63,420 bases of DNA from Negaprion brevirostris (lineage: Eukaryota). Location: the NCBI GenBank assembly GCA_030324005.1, contig JARDVH010000073.1, positions 69,998,595 to 70,062,014 of the forward strand, read 5' to 3'. The position numbers and the translations under genes were made by a program. Shown in pieces: positions 1 to 12,899 of the stretch; within the stretch, counting starts at the first letter, position 1, and every line of letters begins with the position of its first letter. The notes beneath the pieces are model-generated. The model saw only the letters and a program-made list of their open reading frames with translations. It was not told where the DNA came from and ran no database searches.

Positions 1-76
1 AGCCATGATCTTATTGAATGGTGGGGCAGGCTCGAAGGGCTAGATGGCCTACTCCTGCTCCTATTTCTTATGTTCT
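1..76 (+). mobile_element. CR1-clade LINE 3' tail
   Basis: gatcttattgaatgg...ggcctactcctgctcctatttcttatgttct, nearly identical to 48956-49030, which follows a CR1 RT fragment. Confidence 0.8.
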
Positions 77-791
77 GGGGTGAATTTATTAGCTGCCTGG
101 GCTGATAAATTCAATTTGGTCAGTAGGAGAGTGCCTATAGAAAAACATAACAGAACTGGGGTGGGACAGGGGTAGGTCCTTTGAAAGGGATCCGTGAAAG
201 GAAAAAAGCATTGCATGTGTGCCCATTCGTGAGAATAGGAGCAACCCTGCTCAGAACAGCCATTTTTTTGTGTGTGAGCTTGAATGAGAAATGGACAGTT
301 CAGTATGGTATCAGACATTTGCTGATGCTTGTGAGCTGCATCAAAGTAGGTGTCAACGTCTTTAGGTGGGGACCATTAAAGATGGTGAATCAGGTGGATG
401 GACAAAAGGGATGACATACAAAATTCTTGAATTGCAACTGACTGTTTAAAGGAACATTTTCCAGAAGGAACACAAGAAAATTATTCAACATTTATCTTGA
501 TATTTAAGTTAGTTTTTTTAATGTAGAAAGCCATTTTTGATCAATTCAAAACACATGAATATCTGTTGAACAGACTTTGAGATGTTAAAATATGGTTTAT
601 CGGGGTTTGCCATGGACCAAAGGAAACTGCAAGGAAATGCTGATTAAAATGGCACTTCAAAAGTGTCATAAAATTTTTAACATCCACCTGACTCATCAGG
701 ACAGTTGGATGAAGTCTTAGTTTAACGTCAGCTGAAGAACAATGATTTCAACTCTCTGAAACGTTTTATTTATTTTATCTCTTTGCCCCAG

Positions 792-869
792 GATTCCTTG
801 CCTGAGAAGCTAGCAATCTATGAGAAGAATATGGAGGAGTTTGATGCCTTTGTAGATACTCTGCAGTAA
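792..869 (+). CDS. ATG13: Terminal coding exon of autophagy-related protein 13 (C-terminal ULK1-binding peptide)
   Basis: Polypyrimidine tract and cag acceptor (AG at 790-791), then [25 protein letters not shown] (TAA 867-869). This closely matches the recalled human ATG13 C-terminus [25 protein letters not shown]. Too short for the ORF track. Confidence 0.9.
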   Translation, partial: DSLPEKLAIYEKNMEEFDAFVDTLQ

Positions 870-1300
870 CCATCAACAGTATCTTATCCTGCTTCAGGAA
901 CTACCCTGCAGCAAGTATCGAAGTTGAAAGTTGTTTTTCTTCTGCTATAAATAAATGTATATATTTTTAGAAGTACAGAATCCCCTTATTTCTATTAGAT
1001 GTTCTATCTGCAAACTATAAGTACATTTTCTAGTTGTACTCACTGATTTGCTGATGTAATTGACAAGTGACAGTCTACCTTAATTTACTGTACACAACTG
1101 TGTAAATATCTTGTAAAGCCAAGCAATATTTAATCACTGCATTTGTTTATATTGAACTGGGAGATTTTGTGTTTTCCTTGCAAGCCTGGTTGTATTCAAA
1201 GGATGGATTGTAATTTAAGGTACAGCATGTCGTTTCTGACCTTGTAATTTGTAGCTTGTCACTTCACTGTAGAAAAATAAAAGACAAAATGCAGCTGGGG
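870..1300 (+). terminator. ATG13: ATG13 3'UTR with candidate polyadenylation signals
   Basis: AT-rich, repeat-free stretch after the stop, with AATAAA at 950-955 and 1276-1281. The cleavage site actually used is unknown. Confidence 0.55.
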
Positions 1301-1880
1301 CGAGTGCCAGCTTGGACCTCTTGGTGATAAAGGTGTAAATGTATTTCCTGTTTAGAATCAAAAATATTATAATGAACTTTTCCCTGTTGCTGCACTAATG
1401 TAAGCTAAAAAATCAAGAAATACTTGCACATGTTTTACACTTATCTTGTCACTGAAATGTCAAGATGGACATGAACATATGAACAAGGAGCAGGAGTGGG
1501 TCATTCAGCCTCTCAAACCTGCTGTGCCATTCAATAAGATCATGGCTGACCTGCTGGTAAACTCAAATCTGCATCCTGCCTCCTCCCGATAACCTATCAC
1601 CCCCTTGCTTACCAAGAATCTACCCACCTCTGCCTTAGGAATACTCAAAAACTCTGTTTGCACTTCCTTTTAAGGAGGAAAGTTCCAAAGACTCACGACC
1701 CACTGAGAAAGAATGTCACCTCATCTCTCTTTTAAATGGGCAACCTCTTATGTTTAAACAGTGACCCTTAGTTCTAGATTCTCCCACTAGAGGAAACATT
1801 CTCTTCATATTCACTGTGTCAAGATCCCTCATACTCTTCTAAACTGTAGTGGGTACAAGTATAGCCCAGCCAATCTTTCG

Positions 1881-2206
1881 TAGAATTACAGAATCTTGCA
1901 GTGCAGGAGGAGGCAATTAGGCCCATTGGGTCTGCACCGACCACAATCCCACCCAGCCCCATCCCCATAACCCTATGTATTTACCCTAGCTAGTCCCACT
2001 GACACTAAGGGCAATTTAGCATAGTTAATGCACCTAACCTACACATCTTTGGAGAGTTGGAGAAAACCGAAGCATCTGGAGGAAATCCACACAGGCACGG
2101 GGAGAACATGCAAACCCCACACAGACACTGACCCGAAGCCAGAATTGAACCTGGGTCTCTAACATTGTGAGGCAGCAGTGCTCACCACTGTGCCACCTTG
2201 CCGCCC
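1881..2206 (-). mobile_element. HE1-like V-SINE (tRNA head, V core, CR1-type tail)
   Basis: Head GGGCGGCAAGGTGGCACAGTGGTGAGCAC (A box), B box GGTTCAATTC, core TTTGCATGTTCTCCCCGTG. More than 12 related copies occur in the window. Confidence 0.85.
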
Positions 2207-2825
2207 TTATTACACAACTTGTCCATTCCTTGCGTTAGTCTGGTAAACCTTCTCTGAACTGTTTCAAGTGCATTTACATTGTTCCTCAAATAAGGCGACC
2301 TATACTGTGCTGATTACTCCAGATATGGTCTCACTAGTGCTCTGTATAACAAACTTATTTCCCTACTTTTGTATTCCATTCCTCTTGCAATAAATTATCA
2401 CATTTTATAAGCTTTCCTAATTACTTGCTGTAACTGCATACTAGCCTTTTGCAATTCAAGCACTAGGATATCCAAATCTATGCATCTGAGCTCTGCAATC
2501 TCTCACCATTTAGATTTTTCATCTAAAGCAGCTTTTTTGTTCTTCCTGCCAAAATAGACAATTTCATAATTTCCCTTGTGTTACTCTAATTGCCAGATCT
2601 TTGCCCACTTAGTTAACTTTTCTGTATATTTTTGCAGTTCCCTTGTCTCCATTTCATAATTTACTTTTTTACTTTGTGTCATCAGTAGATTTGGCAACCA
2701 TCCCCATTTATCCAAACCATTTATATAAATTGTAAACAGTTGAGGTCCCAACACTTTTTGCCAACATGAAAAGTCCATCAGGACCTGGACTTTGTCAGCC
2801 CAGACTCAACAATTTACTCAGTATC

Positions 2826-3025
2826 AGGTAAGATAAAGTGGCCATAGCCTCAGAAGACCATAGGCTGTCTCCCTTTGGAGGATCACCACAGCTCAAGTGA
2901 GGGGTGAAGTTGAGAAGGTGGGGCTTTCATGAACAACCTCAGCCACTACAGGAATTGAACCCGCACTGATGGTGCTGTTTCACCTCATCAACCAACCATC
3001 CAATCAACTGAGCTAACGGACCCCC
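2826..3025 (-). mobile_element. Short tRNA-derived SINE (MetaSINE-like)
   Basis: Head TTAGCTCAGTTG...GGGTTCAATTCC and core CCTTCTCAAC..CCCCTCACTTGAG. Homologous to 4068-4243 and 27305-27508. Superfamily assignment is from memory. Confidence 0.6.
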
Positions 3026-3172
3026 GTACCACTTCTGTGGTGATTGTAATTTCCCGGAGTTCCTTCCCTTCAATTTTCCTGGTTTGTAGCTGCTTTTGTG
3101 ATGTTACTTGTTTTGTCTGTAGTGAAGGGTGATGCAAAATACCTATTCAATTCATCTGCCATCTTCTTATAT

Positions 3173-3500
3173 AATCATTGGAATCCTACAGTGCAGAAGG
3201 AGGCCATTCAGATCATCAAGTCTGCACCAACCATAATCCCACCCAAGCCCTATCCTCATAACCCCATGCATTCACACTGGCTAGTTTCCCTGACAGTAAG
3301 GAGCAATTTAGCATATCAATCCACCTTACCTGCACATCTTTGGACTGTGGAAGAAAATTGGAGCACCCAGAGGAAACCCACACAGACATGGAGAGAACAT
3401 GCAAACTCCACACAGGCAGTGACCCAAGCTGGGAATCAAATCTGGGTCCCTGGCACTGAGAGCCAGCAGTGCTAACCACTGTACCACTGTGCCACCGTGC
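3173..3500 (-). mobile_element. HE1-like V-SINE, full length
   Basis: Same head, core and tail as 1881-2206. Confidence 0.85.
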
Positions 3501-4067
3501 CTCCTTGTTCTCCACTATGAATTTTCCAGACTCACTTTCTGTAGGGCCAACTCCCACTTTAAGTTTCTTTTTAAATTATTTATGAAAACTCTTACTATCT
3601 TATTACTATTTGATCAGCGCAACTTGTGGGCCGAAGGGCCTTTTTGTGCTGTAGTTTTTCTATGTTCTTTATACTAGCTAGTCTTGTACTATATTTTACC
3701 CTCATTAATCTTTTCATCATCTACTGCTGGTCCTTATATTCTGTCCAATCTACTGACCTTTCACCTGTCTTTGCACAATTGTATGCTTTTTCTTTAAGTT
3801 TGAAGCTACTTTTAACCCTTCCAGTTAACCACGGATGGTATGCATTGTAACAGGTCTAGTACAGTCTGCTGTCTGGTTAGCTCCAGAACATGCTGTTCTA
3901 AGAAACTATCCCAAAAGATTCTATGAACTCCTCATCTGGACTACTTTTGCCTATCTGACACTTCTGTCCATATATAGATTGAAATCTCCCTTGATTATCA
4001 CCATGTCTTTCTAACAAGCTCCCATAATTTCTCCCTTCAGGCTACACCCTACCATATGGTTGCTATT

Positions 4068-4243
4068 AGCTGTTTAGCTCAGTTAGCTGGACAGTTGGTT
4101 AGCGATGCAGAGCCAACAGCATGAATCATAATTCCCGTATCGGCTGAGATTATTCATGAAGGCTTCCTCAACCTTACCCTTGCCTGAGATGTGGCGATCC
4201 TCAGATTAGATCACTACCAGTCATAGCCTATGGTGACTTTATT
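4068..4243 (+). mobile_element. Short tRNA-derived SINE (MetaSINE-like)
   Basis: ttagctcagtt head, ctcaaccttacccttgcctgagatgtggcgatcctcag core, ctatggtgacttta tail. Confidence 0.6.
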
Positions 4244-4760
4244 AAAGGCTTGTATCTGACTCCCACAAGCGACTTCTTGCCTTTATCATTTCTCATTTCT
4301 ACCCAAACCATTTCCATATCTTGGTTTCCTGAATGTAGAACATCCCTCCCTCTCTATTATGCTAATACCATTATTAACTGAAAGAGTCACCCCTCCACCT
4401 TTTCCTCATTTCCTGTCCTTCCTAAATATCCTGTACCCTTCAATGTTCAGGTCCCAATCCTTCTGCAACCATGTCTCTGTAATGGCTATCAAATCGTACC
4501 TACTTATTTTCGCACGTGCCGTCAGTTTATCAGTTTTGTTTTGAGCATTCAGAGACAACCCTTGGGTTTATTGTTTTACCTCCAGTTGATGTGCTATGAG
4601 ATTTGTACTCTCAATCCCTTCTTCTCATGTTTGTTTTTCATTTCTCTTTTGCCTTGTCTCTACTCATTATTTCAACTTCCCTGTTTATGCAGCTTGCAAG
4701 AACACTGGTCGCAGCACTCTTCAGGTTTAGGCATCCCAGTGGTACTGGTAGTATTTTTGT

Positions 4761-5420
4761 GAATGAAGCCCAGTCCATCACTTACATTAGATTCCCATCC
4801 ATTAACTTTGTCTACATTTCCCGTTGCCTCAGAAAAGCAGCAAGCATAATTAAGGACCCCATGAACCCCGGACAAACTCACTTTCATCTTCTTCCATCTG
4901 GAAAAAGATAAAATAGTCTGAGGACACATACCAATTGACTGAATAACAGCTTCTTGCCTGCTGTTATCAAACTTTTAAANNNNNNNNNNNNNNNNNNNNN
5001 NNNNNNNNNNNNNNNNNNNNNNNNNNNNNNNNNNNNNNNNNNNNNNNNNNNNNNNNNNNNNNNNNNNNNNNNNNNNNNNNNNNNNNNNNNNNNNNNNNNN
5101 NTTTCAGAATGTGGGAGGAAAGCAGAGCACCTGGGGAAAACCTATGCAAACACAGGGAGAACGTGCAAACTCCACACAGACAGTGACTCAAGCTGGGAAT
5201 CAAACCCAGGTCCATGGTGCTGTGAAGCAGTAGTGCTAACCACTGTGCCACCCTTTTGAATGGACCTACCTTGCATTAAGTTGATCTTTTTCTATACCCT
5301 AGCTCTGACTAACACTACATTCTGATTTCTCCTTCTCAATGAACAATATGCTTTGTTTGTATTGTACAGAAGAAAGAATACTTTTCACTGTATACTAATA
5401 CATGTGACAATAATAAATCA
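4761..5420 (+). mobile_element. Rex1/Babar-like LINE 3' fragment, interrupted by a V-SINE (gap to ~5252, minus)
   Basis: SRCLRKAASIIKDPMNPGQTHFHLLPSGKR ... PAVIKLL is the typical Rex1 ORF2 C-terminus. 3'UTR ends gtgacaataataaatca. Confidence 0.8.
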
Positions 5421-6240
5421 CATATTGGTCCCAGTGTCCCACAAAGCAAAACTCACTTCTCCCATGCTTATCTTTGAGCCATACATTCACCTCTCTAATC
5501 TGATTTGTCCTATGCCAATTTGCACGTGGTGTAGGTAATAATCCAGAGATTGTGACCTTTGCAGTTCTGCTTAATTTGGGGCCAGGCCCCTCATACTGAC
5601 TGTGCAGAACCATCTCCTTTGTCCTACCTAGGTCATTGGTACCTATGTGGACTATGACAACTGGGTCCTCCCCTCCAACTGCAGGTTCCTCTCCAGCCCC
5701 AAGCTGGTATCTAAAACCTGGGCATGGGAGGCAACACAGCTGCCTGGACCTGAGCTCTTTGTTGCAGATTATGGTGGCAATTCCTCTGACAATACTGTCC
5801 CCCACTACCACTACATTCCTTATTACTGTCCTGTTTGAATGGCTTCCTATACCATGGTGTCATGGCCAGTTAATGCATCCACCCTGCAGTTCCCACACTC
5901 ATCCAGTCAAGCTGAAAAAACTTCAAACATGCTGCACAATTAGAGGCAGAGGTCTTGCAGTGTTNNNNNNNNNNCCTCTTACCTGCCTCACTTGAAGTTA
6001 CAGCCTCTTGTACTTGTTCACTGACCTGGCCCCAAATTAAGCAGAACTGCAAAGGTCACAATTTCTGGATTATTACGTACACCACGTGCAAGTTGGCATA
6101 GGACAAATCAGATTAGAGAGGTGAATGTATGTCTCAAAGACTAGCATGGGAGAAGTGAGTTTTGCTTTGTGGGACACTGGGACCAATATTTGATTTATTA
6201 TTGTCACATGTATTAGTATACAGTGAAAAGTATTCTTTCT
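5371..6240. repeat. 216-bp inverted duplication (arms 5371-5586 and 6025-6240)
   Basis: The arms are reverse complements with only scattered mismatches. Confidence 0.9.
5421..5960 (-). mobile_element. CR1 ORF1 remnant, SGNH esterase domain
   Basis: VVGDSIVRG ... PVVIVHIGTNDLG ... VTISGLLP ... NQIREVNVWLK: the GDS and GxND blocks of the esterase carried in CR1 ORF1. Frameshifted. Confidence 0.85.
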
Positions 6241-7569
6241 AACATAAGGGGTTATATGCCCAAAAAATAAAGTGTCCCTTTCCCTCTCCTTGATGTACCA
6301 CATTGATGTATCACATTGACTTCCAGCTCAATAACTGAGCTGCAAACACTTATTGTAAATGTGTTTGCCCTGGATCCCACACCCTGCAATTGCAGCACAC
6401 CACCTGTCCTGCCATCTCCAATATGTGTTAATTAATTAATTGGTAATTCGTTCATAATAATAAAGCCTACACTTCTCAATAGGTTTTGGCACTGTCAGTA
6501 AATTATAATACAGATAAAACAATATGTCCAAACTGGTAAAATTTATAATTTCCAGTAATAACATTTACTGATTTACCTGTTCCTTCTGCTGTACCAAAGT
6601 GGAAATCAACTATTGAGAAAAAGAGAAAAATGCACCTACTCCCTGCACTTCACCAAACTTCCCACTCAGCACACTTCTTGTGCTAAATCATACCTAAGCA
6701 CCTCTTTTCTCTAATGCACCAAATTTCCAAATATCGGATCCTCTCTCACTCACACCTAAGTTCCCTCCCTCACTGACCGTGAGCCCTTGCTGATCTCGCA
6801 CCATGAAATACAAATTGGGAATATCCCAGTGACTCAAATTAAGAGGCAGTAAATGAAATGGATGAATGCTTCATGAGTCAGGTGCACCCAAAACAGTCAC
6901 ATCTTGAATTGTTATGATCCCCTTTGGAGAACTTTAAACCAGGATTATGACCTCCCAAATGAAGAAATTACCACAGATCCTACAGACATTTCAAAGGAGT
7001 TACAAATTTTCCATACAGTGCTACTTTCAGGCCAAAGGTCATCGCAACTTAACAATCATGTTTTTGACAACATAGGGAATAAAAGTTGTGCCAACCTTTG
7101 AAGATAGCAGCCATGGAATAATCATGTTTCCTGGTTTGGGATACACATCATTATGACTTCCAAGAGGAAAGAGGTTGAGCAAATTAACCAAAGATATTTA
7201 CTTGTTCAACTTTGCAGGGGGGGAATAATTGGAACTCGGCAGAAACTGATCTTCAGCACTCAACAGTAAACTAATGGGTTTTTTTATAGAAGTAACCAAA
7301 ATGGATAAACGATGTGAATGAACAGGCTGACTATCAGAACAGATAATCCATGGATTTAGTAACGACTTTGCCTGCTTTCTCAACTCCATTCCCAACTTTG
7401 TCTTAATTGATCTTCCAGAGGTTTTCGGATCTAACAAAAGTTCTTACCCAGCTGCTAACCCTGTGTGTTTTTTCAGATGGTGAATGGGTTGTTGAATTCA
7501 GATTTTGAGCTTTTGAACTTCTTGTTTTTTGTCACCATTATCCCCATCCTTCTGTAGGCGTATCTACAG

Positions 7570-7615
7570 CTCAGTCTTCCTCTAACTCTAACCTCAGTCT
7601 TCCTCTAACTCTAAC
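7570..7615. repeat. 23-bp direct tandem duplication
   Basis: ctcagtcttcctctaactctaac occurs twice in tandem. Confidence 0.85.
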
Positions 7616-9494
7616 CTCTTGTGCATTCTGCTCCTCATTTTGCCCCAGCATTTGCAGACGTGCCTTTACCTGCTTCACTACCATATAATGAAACCTCCAG
7701 CCTAAATTTTACCACTTCCCTCCATCCTTTAATATCCTCTTAAAACCCAGCTCCGCAAAGTATTGCCTGAAACAGTGGTGAAATCAAATCAGTAGTAGCT
7801 TTCAAAGGGGAAATTGGATGTATATTTGAAAAAGAAACGAAATTGCTGCGCTATGGTGAAAGAGAAGTGGATTGCAACTTAATTGGATAGCTGTCTCAAA
7901 GAGCCAACAGAATAGGGCTGACATGTTTGATCCAGTCTTCAGAGATTCATGGTAATATTCCTGTCTAGTTGTGATTCTACAAGGCACTTGTGAATATTTT
8001 CCAGATGATGTCTAGATTCATGTTAGGATTACAAAAATAAACAAATTGTGCAATATGCACAATACCCAATAAAGTCACTAGATGGCAGCAAAGCCTTTGT
8101 ATATGCTCACTATTTAATAGTACATGCAGCCTAGGTTCTCAGCAAACAGAGCGAAAGAATGTCCAGCATTTTGTTCTATTATACTAAAATTTAAGTGAGT
8201 TAATATGATTTTATGTGATTGATCCAACAGCAGAACAAGTTGCATTTTATTCAATAAAAAAAACTACATGTGTGGGAGAAATGTGATGACAATATCATCA
8301 CCCCAGTGCATCTCTTTCATTTATATAAAAATTGCAACAAGGACTAAAAGAATGAGGGCAGGAGCTGCATGGGAATGCCAACATCTTTAAGTTCCATTGT
8401 TAGTCATACCCCATCTTGACTTGGGAATGCATCACATTCTTTCATCTTTTCAAAATCCTGAAACACCTTACCTTACCGGGCCGTGCAATGAGACCATCTT
8501 GTAAAATTCTCCGTAGAGACCAGTAACCTTTTCTTTAAACAAAGAATAAATATGAAATCCCATTTACCAAAAGAACGAAGCCACAGATTCCATGACTTAA
8601 AACAGAAAAACACTTTACTGTACCAGAGTCAACAAGGCTAACATCCTATTCTCTAATATCCAGAATTAATGTGAGTGTAACATGAATTAATGCATGAATT
8701 AAGGGTAGATATAGCTAAGACAAACCTTAGAAATTGGCTCTGCAGTGAACTTAGATATTAGTGATCATGTTCAGTCCCTAGGTCCTACGAAACTTTGCCT
8801 TCCTCACAAGAATTTCATTTTCAATCCTTGTAGGGTCTAATCTGATCCCCAGCCAAAAGTAGCACATAACTGACCTGAAGTCCATGGGAGCAGTATTTAC
8901 CACAAACAGCACATGTATGCAGAGCTTGCTTAACCCAGTCTGGATGTGATAGATCCACCAATGTTATCTTCCAGTGACTGAAACAGCTGTCGTAAGTTAT
9001 TCTCAGCTTCTGGATCTGGGCTCTGTCTTCTTCACTCTTGCATGTTGTGCTGGACTCCTCAACTGCTACTGCTCAGCTTGGACTGATCTGCATCCTTTAA
9101 TATCTTTCAAACAGGTTCAGTTTGCCATTAACTTTGGTTTCCAAAGCTTCCTTAGAAACTAGGAGGATGGTGTACGTTCCTATGTTTATCTGTTTTGTAT
9201 CCCTTTCCGATCTCTTCATTTTTAGGTATGCCCCAATAAAATGCAAACTTAATTCAAAGACAAAGATTCCTTCACAATCTTTTCCACATACATTATAGTT
9301 CAAGATTTAGCATCATCTTCATAAGGAGAATAAATGACAACCTTATTACAGGTGTCCACATCCAAAGAATGAAGTTTAAAATATATATTTATCAATATGC
9401 AGTTGACTTGAATTAGTAGATGGCAGTGCGACACAAACTCATTGGCTCTGAGCAATACATACTGTAGCTCCGTTGGTGAATTCCCTTTTCTTTT

Positions 9495-9788
9495 GGGCAG
9501 CTCAGTAGTTAGAATTTCTGCCTCACAGCTCCAGGGACCTGGGTTGGATTCCTGGCTTGAGTCACTGTCTGTGCAGAGTCTGCATGTTCTCCCCATGTCA
9601 TTGAGGATGCTTCGATTTCCTCCCATAGTCCGAAAGACATGCTGGTTAGGTGCATTGGCCATGTTAAATTCTCCCTCAATGTGTCCAAACAGGCACTGGA
9701 GTGTGGTAACTCAGGGATTTTTACAGTAACTTCAGTGCAGTGTTAATGTAAGCCTACTTGTGACACTAATAAATAAACTTTAAACTTT
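9495..9788 (+). mobile_element. V-SINE, alternative-tail subfamily
   Basis: Same tRNA head and V core, but the tail is ...cagtaacttcagtgcagtgttaatgtaagcctacttgtgacactaataaataaacttt. Confidence 0.8.
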
Positions 9789-12547
9789 ACTGCTTTAGCC
9801 AAAAGGAAAGACAGCTGGAAGTCAAAAATGCTGCCTTTCTGTCTCCTCCAGCCCCTAAATTTCTGTAAATTCAGCAGAAATCTTCCACATTTTAATTACT
9901 CCTTTGCTCTCTTTAAAAAAGAGAAAATACTTTAACCTATTTATCATGGTGCAGTTGTATATTGCAGATTGATGTGGGTTGTATACTTAAATTTTCCTTT
10001 TGATCAACAGGGGAAGAAGATGAGTTACTGTACAACCAGTTGGAACCTCTCCATTTATGAGAACATAAGAAGTAGNNNNNNNNNNNNNNNNNNNNNNNNN
10101 NNNNNNNNNNNNNNNNNNNNNNNNNNNNNNNNNNNNNNNNNNNNNNNNNNNNNNNNNNNNNNNNNNNNNNNNNNNGTTACTGTACAACCAGTTGGAACCT
10201 CTCCATTTATGAGAACATAAGAACTAGGAGCAGGAGTAGACCATCTGGCCCCTCGAGACTGCTCTGCCATTCAATAAAATCATGACTGATCTTTTCATGA
10301 ACTCAGCTCCACTTACTCGCCAGCTCACCTTAATTCCTTTACTTTTCAAAAATTTGCAGCCAGGAAGTAGACAAGTGGCTTGTAGCAGCTGTTAACTCCC
10401 AATACCTTCACACATGTATCCTAGTATCCATACAGGCCGTGACTCTGACTTCAGATAAATAAATGGTGTGTTGCATTTGGTTTTCATTTCCTTCAAATCT
10501 CCAGCATTGCTTGAAAGTAGACTTCTCCAATTTCTGAAATGATTTCAAAGGGCAATGCCCTTGATAAATGCTGACAACAATTTACGGTAGGAAAGCAATT
10601 ATATCAATAAAACAACTGGAAATAATGTTTTGTAGGTAGGAAGTGAACATATAAATCAGATATATCATCAAATTCCACTGTTACTGGTGTAATAGAAGTG
10701 ATGGGGCACTCTTCCCCGTGGTTGAGAAATATTGTTAGAATAGTGTAGAGTAAATGGTTAACTCTAAAAGCATACTGTGCTTATGCAGAAGAAGCTACGT
10801 CTCACCAATAGAGAGGATTTCTGAGTATTATCTCAAAGCCAGCTCTCGCTGTATAATTGCCTTATTTAATTTTTTTTAATAGTTGCATGTAAATAAATGT
10901 TTTTTGAAGAAAGACCTCCACCAAAGTCTCTTCCAGAATAAGAATAGACCCATGGTGACAGATGTAGACTTTTAACCCTTCATCTAATCCATCCTGAATC
11001 TGACCTGCATTCGATCAGTGCTCACTTGGCAGTAAACTTGATTTCTTTAACAGAAAGAAAATAAATCCTCTTCCTTGCAGCTGTTTGATTTTCAATAGTT
11101 TAATGCCTTATAAATTACCCTATTCATTTCTAATTAACAGAGACCATTGGAGCTTCAGATCCATAAAATCCAGGGGGCATGTGAACTCTCATCTAGATGG
11201 CTAAGGAGATGTTGCTGAGTTTGTAACAAGCCTGACAACTGTCACTGTTACATTAGTTGTTGCTGCATCCTTTGTTGCAATTATCTCAGCGTACCTGGAT
11301 CTTGTAATGGACAGCATGATCACCAACTGTTTATACAAAAGACCAACGACCTATGCCATGGACTAACCCTACACGATAATGTGCAAGAGATCTGGATGCC
11401 AATATTTTCTTGGAATCAGGATGAGAATGGGGGTGGAGATGGTTGTGGTAGAGAGGGAAGTTGTAGCTGTTTCTATATGTCTTCCAAATTTAATGTATGG
11501 ATTAATTTGGACATCACGGCTGAGGGGTTCAGCCAATTGCATGGTTTGGATTGTATGGAAGTAAATTTGAAGGACATCCTCCTGGCCCAAAAATAGTGCA
11601 ATTATGATACTGGTGACATAGATCCAGCCCTTCTTGTCTCATTTCACCTCTTAGGATTCCTGCAGCCTCCAGGTGTTAAAAATAAAAATTGATTTCAAAT
11701 GAAAGCACGAGGCTTGCTTAAAACATTTTTAATCTCCAATTCAGCTCCTGACAATAATCACCCAATTAAATTGGTCTGGGTTCCAAATTAATCATTTGTA
11801 AACCTAACCTTTCTACTCACTTGGAACCCACCCACCCTTGGGGTTTGAACTCCCCGCCTTTCATCTTACCATGTTAGTTTGTAACATTGATGGTCGTGTT
11901 TGGAGAACATGCATGATAAAGTTTTTGGTCAAACCTGATTTATGTGGAAATGGATAACATAAAGGGGTATTGTCATCCAGTCAAGAATTAGTGAGCAAAC
12001 TCACTTTATAAAATTGTTCCAAGTCCAAAAATCAACCCAATTGGCACTGACTGGTAGAGTCTTTCCTGCGACATATGTGCCCCAGGTGATCCAAATAAAT
12101 TATTGTATGTTGTCATGTTCTGTTTATTACCCAAATGTTCAAATGTTTTAATTTAACAGCCACATCCCTTTGATCCATTTTCCGGTTGAATCTGGGCTTT
12201 GGGGATATCTGGAGCAGGAAGCTCAGATTCTCAGGAACTGGTTAATTGAAAAACATTGACTGGCAGTTTGGCAGAACCAGCAACTACAAGGGCCGGTCAG
12301 TTGAAAGATCAGATGTGGGATTTTACTGCCTTGCTCGTCCCAAAACTGTAAAATCCCGCTCAAAGTCAACAGACCTTCACATGATCCACCCCTCACCTGC
12401 TCTAATTCCCATGGCAGATGAGCTGGTAAAATTCCAGCCCCAATCCAGGGTCCTGATTTAAGATTCATTTACATTTTGTTCAGAATGTCAAGGTCCTGCA
12501 GCTTGTGTAGATCGAACCTTTTTATGAAGTATGATTAAAAGATTTCA

Positions 12548-12871
12548 GAGGCAGATTTTCCAGTCCTGCCTGCGGCAGGCATTGTCATGAACAGGATGGG
12601 AAAATTTGGACAGTGGCCAGTCATAGAATCCCTACAGTACAGAAGGAATTCATTTGATCCATCGAGTCTGCACCGACAGCAATCCCACCCAGGTCCTATA
12701 CTCGTAACCCCATGTATTTACCCTGCTAATCCCTCTGGCACTAAGAGGCAATTTATCATGGCTAATCCACCTAACCCGCACAGCTTTGGAGTCAACTGAC
12801 TTTTGGCCGCTCTCCAAATTTTCCTGTCCCATCTGCAACGATGCCTGCCACTGGTGGGAAATTCCCTGCCT
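12548..12871. mobile_element. Palindromic MITE-like element split near its centre by a V-SINE tail fragment (~12621-12790, minus)
   Basis: Left arm ggcagattttcc...ggaaaatttggacagtggcca is the imperfect reverse complement of right arm tggccgctctccaaattttcc...ggaaattccctgcc. Confidence 0.7.
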
Positions 12872-12899
12872 TAGCCAAATTCAGATAAAGGAACTACAG

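Larger units (their letters stand above)
1477..4700 (-). mobile_element. Long degraded CR1-clade LINE (3'UTR and ORF2 remnants) with several nested SINEs
   Basis: 3' tail at ~1477. RT remnant VLGPQLFTIYIN...LQKYTEKLTKWAKIWQLE at 2581-2778. More 5' ORF2-like remnants continue to ~4700. May be more than one copy. Confidence 0.7.

Noticed and set aside
2135-2206. tRNA-like A and B boxes at SINE heads
   Set aside because: They run directly into SINE cores and do not form complete cloverleaves; these are not tRNA genes.
10024-10230. Direct repeats flanking 100-N gaps (also ~27703/27823, 29745/29879, 49849/49983, 52921/53030)
   Set aside because: Identical sequence on both sides of fixed-length placeholder gaps indicates unmerged contig overlaps, not target-site duplications or real tandem repeats.
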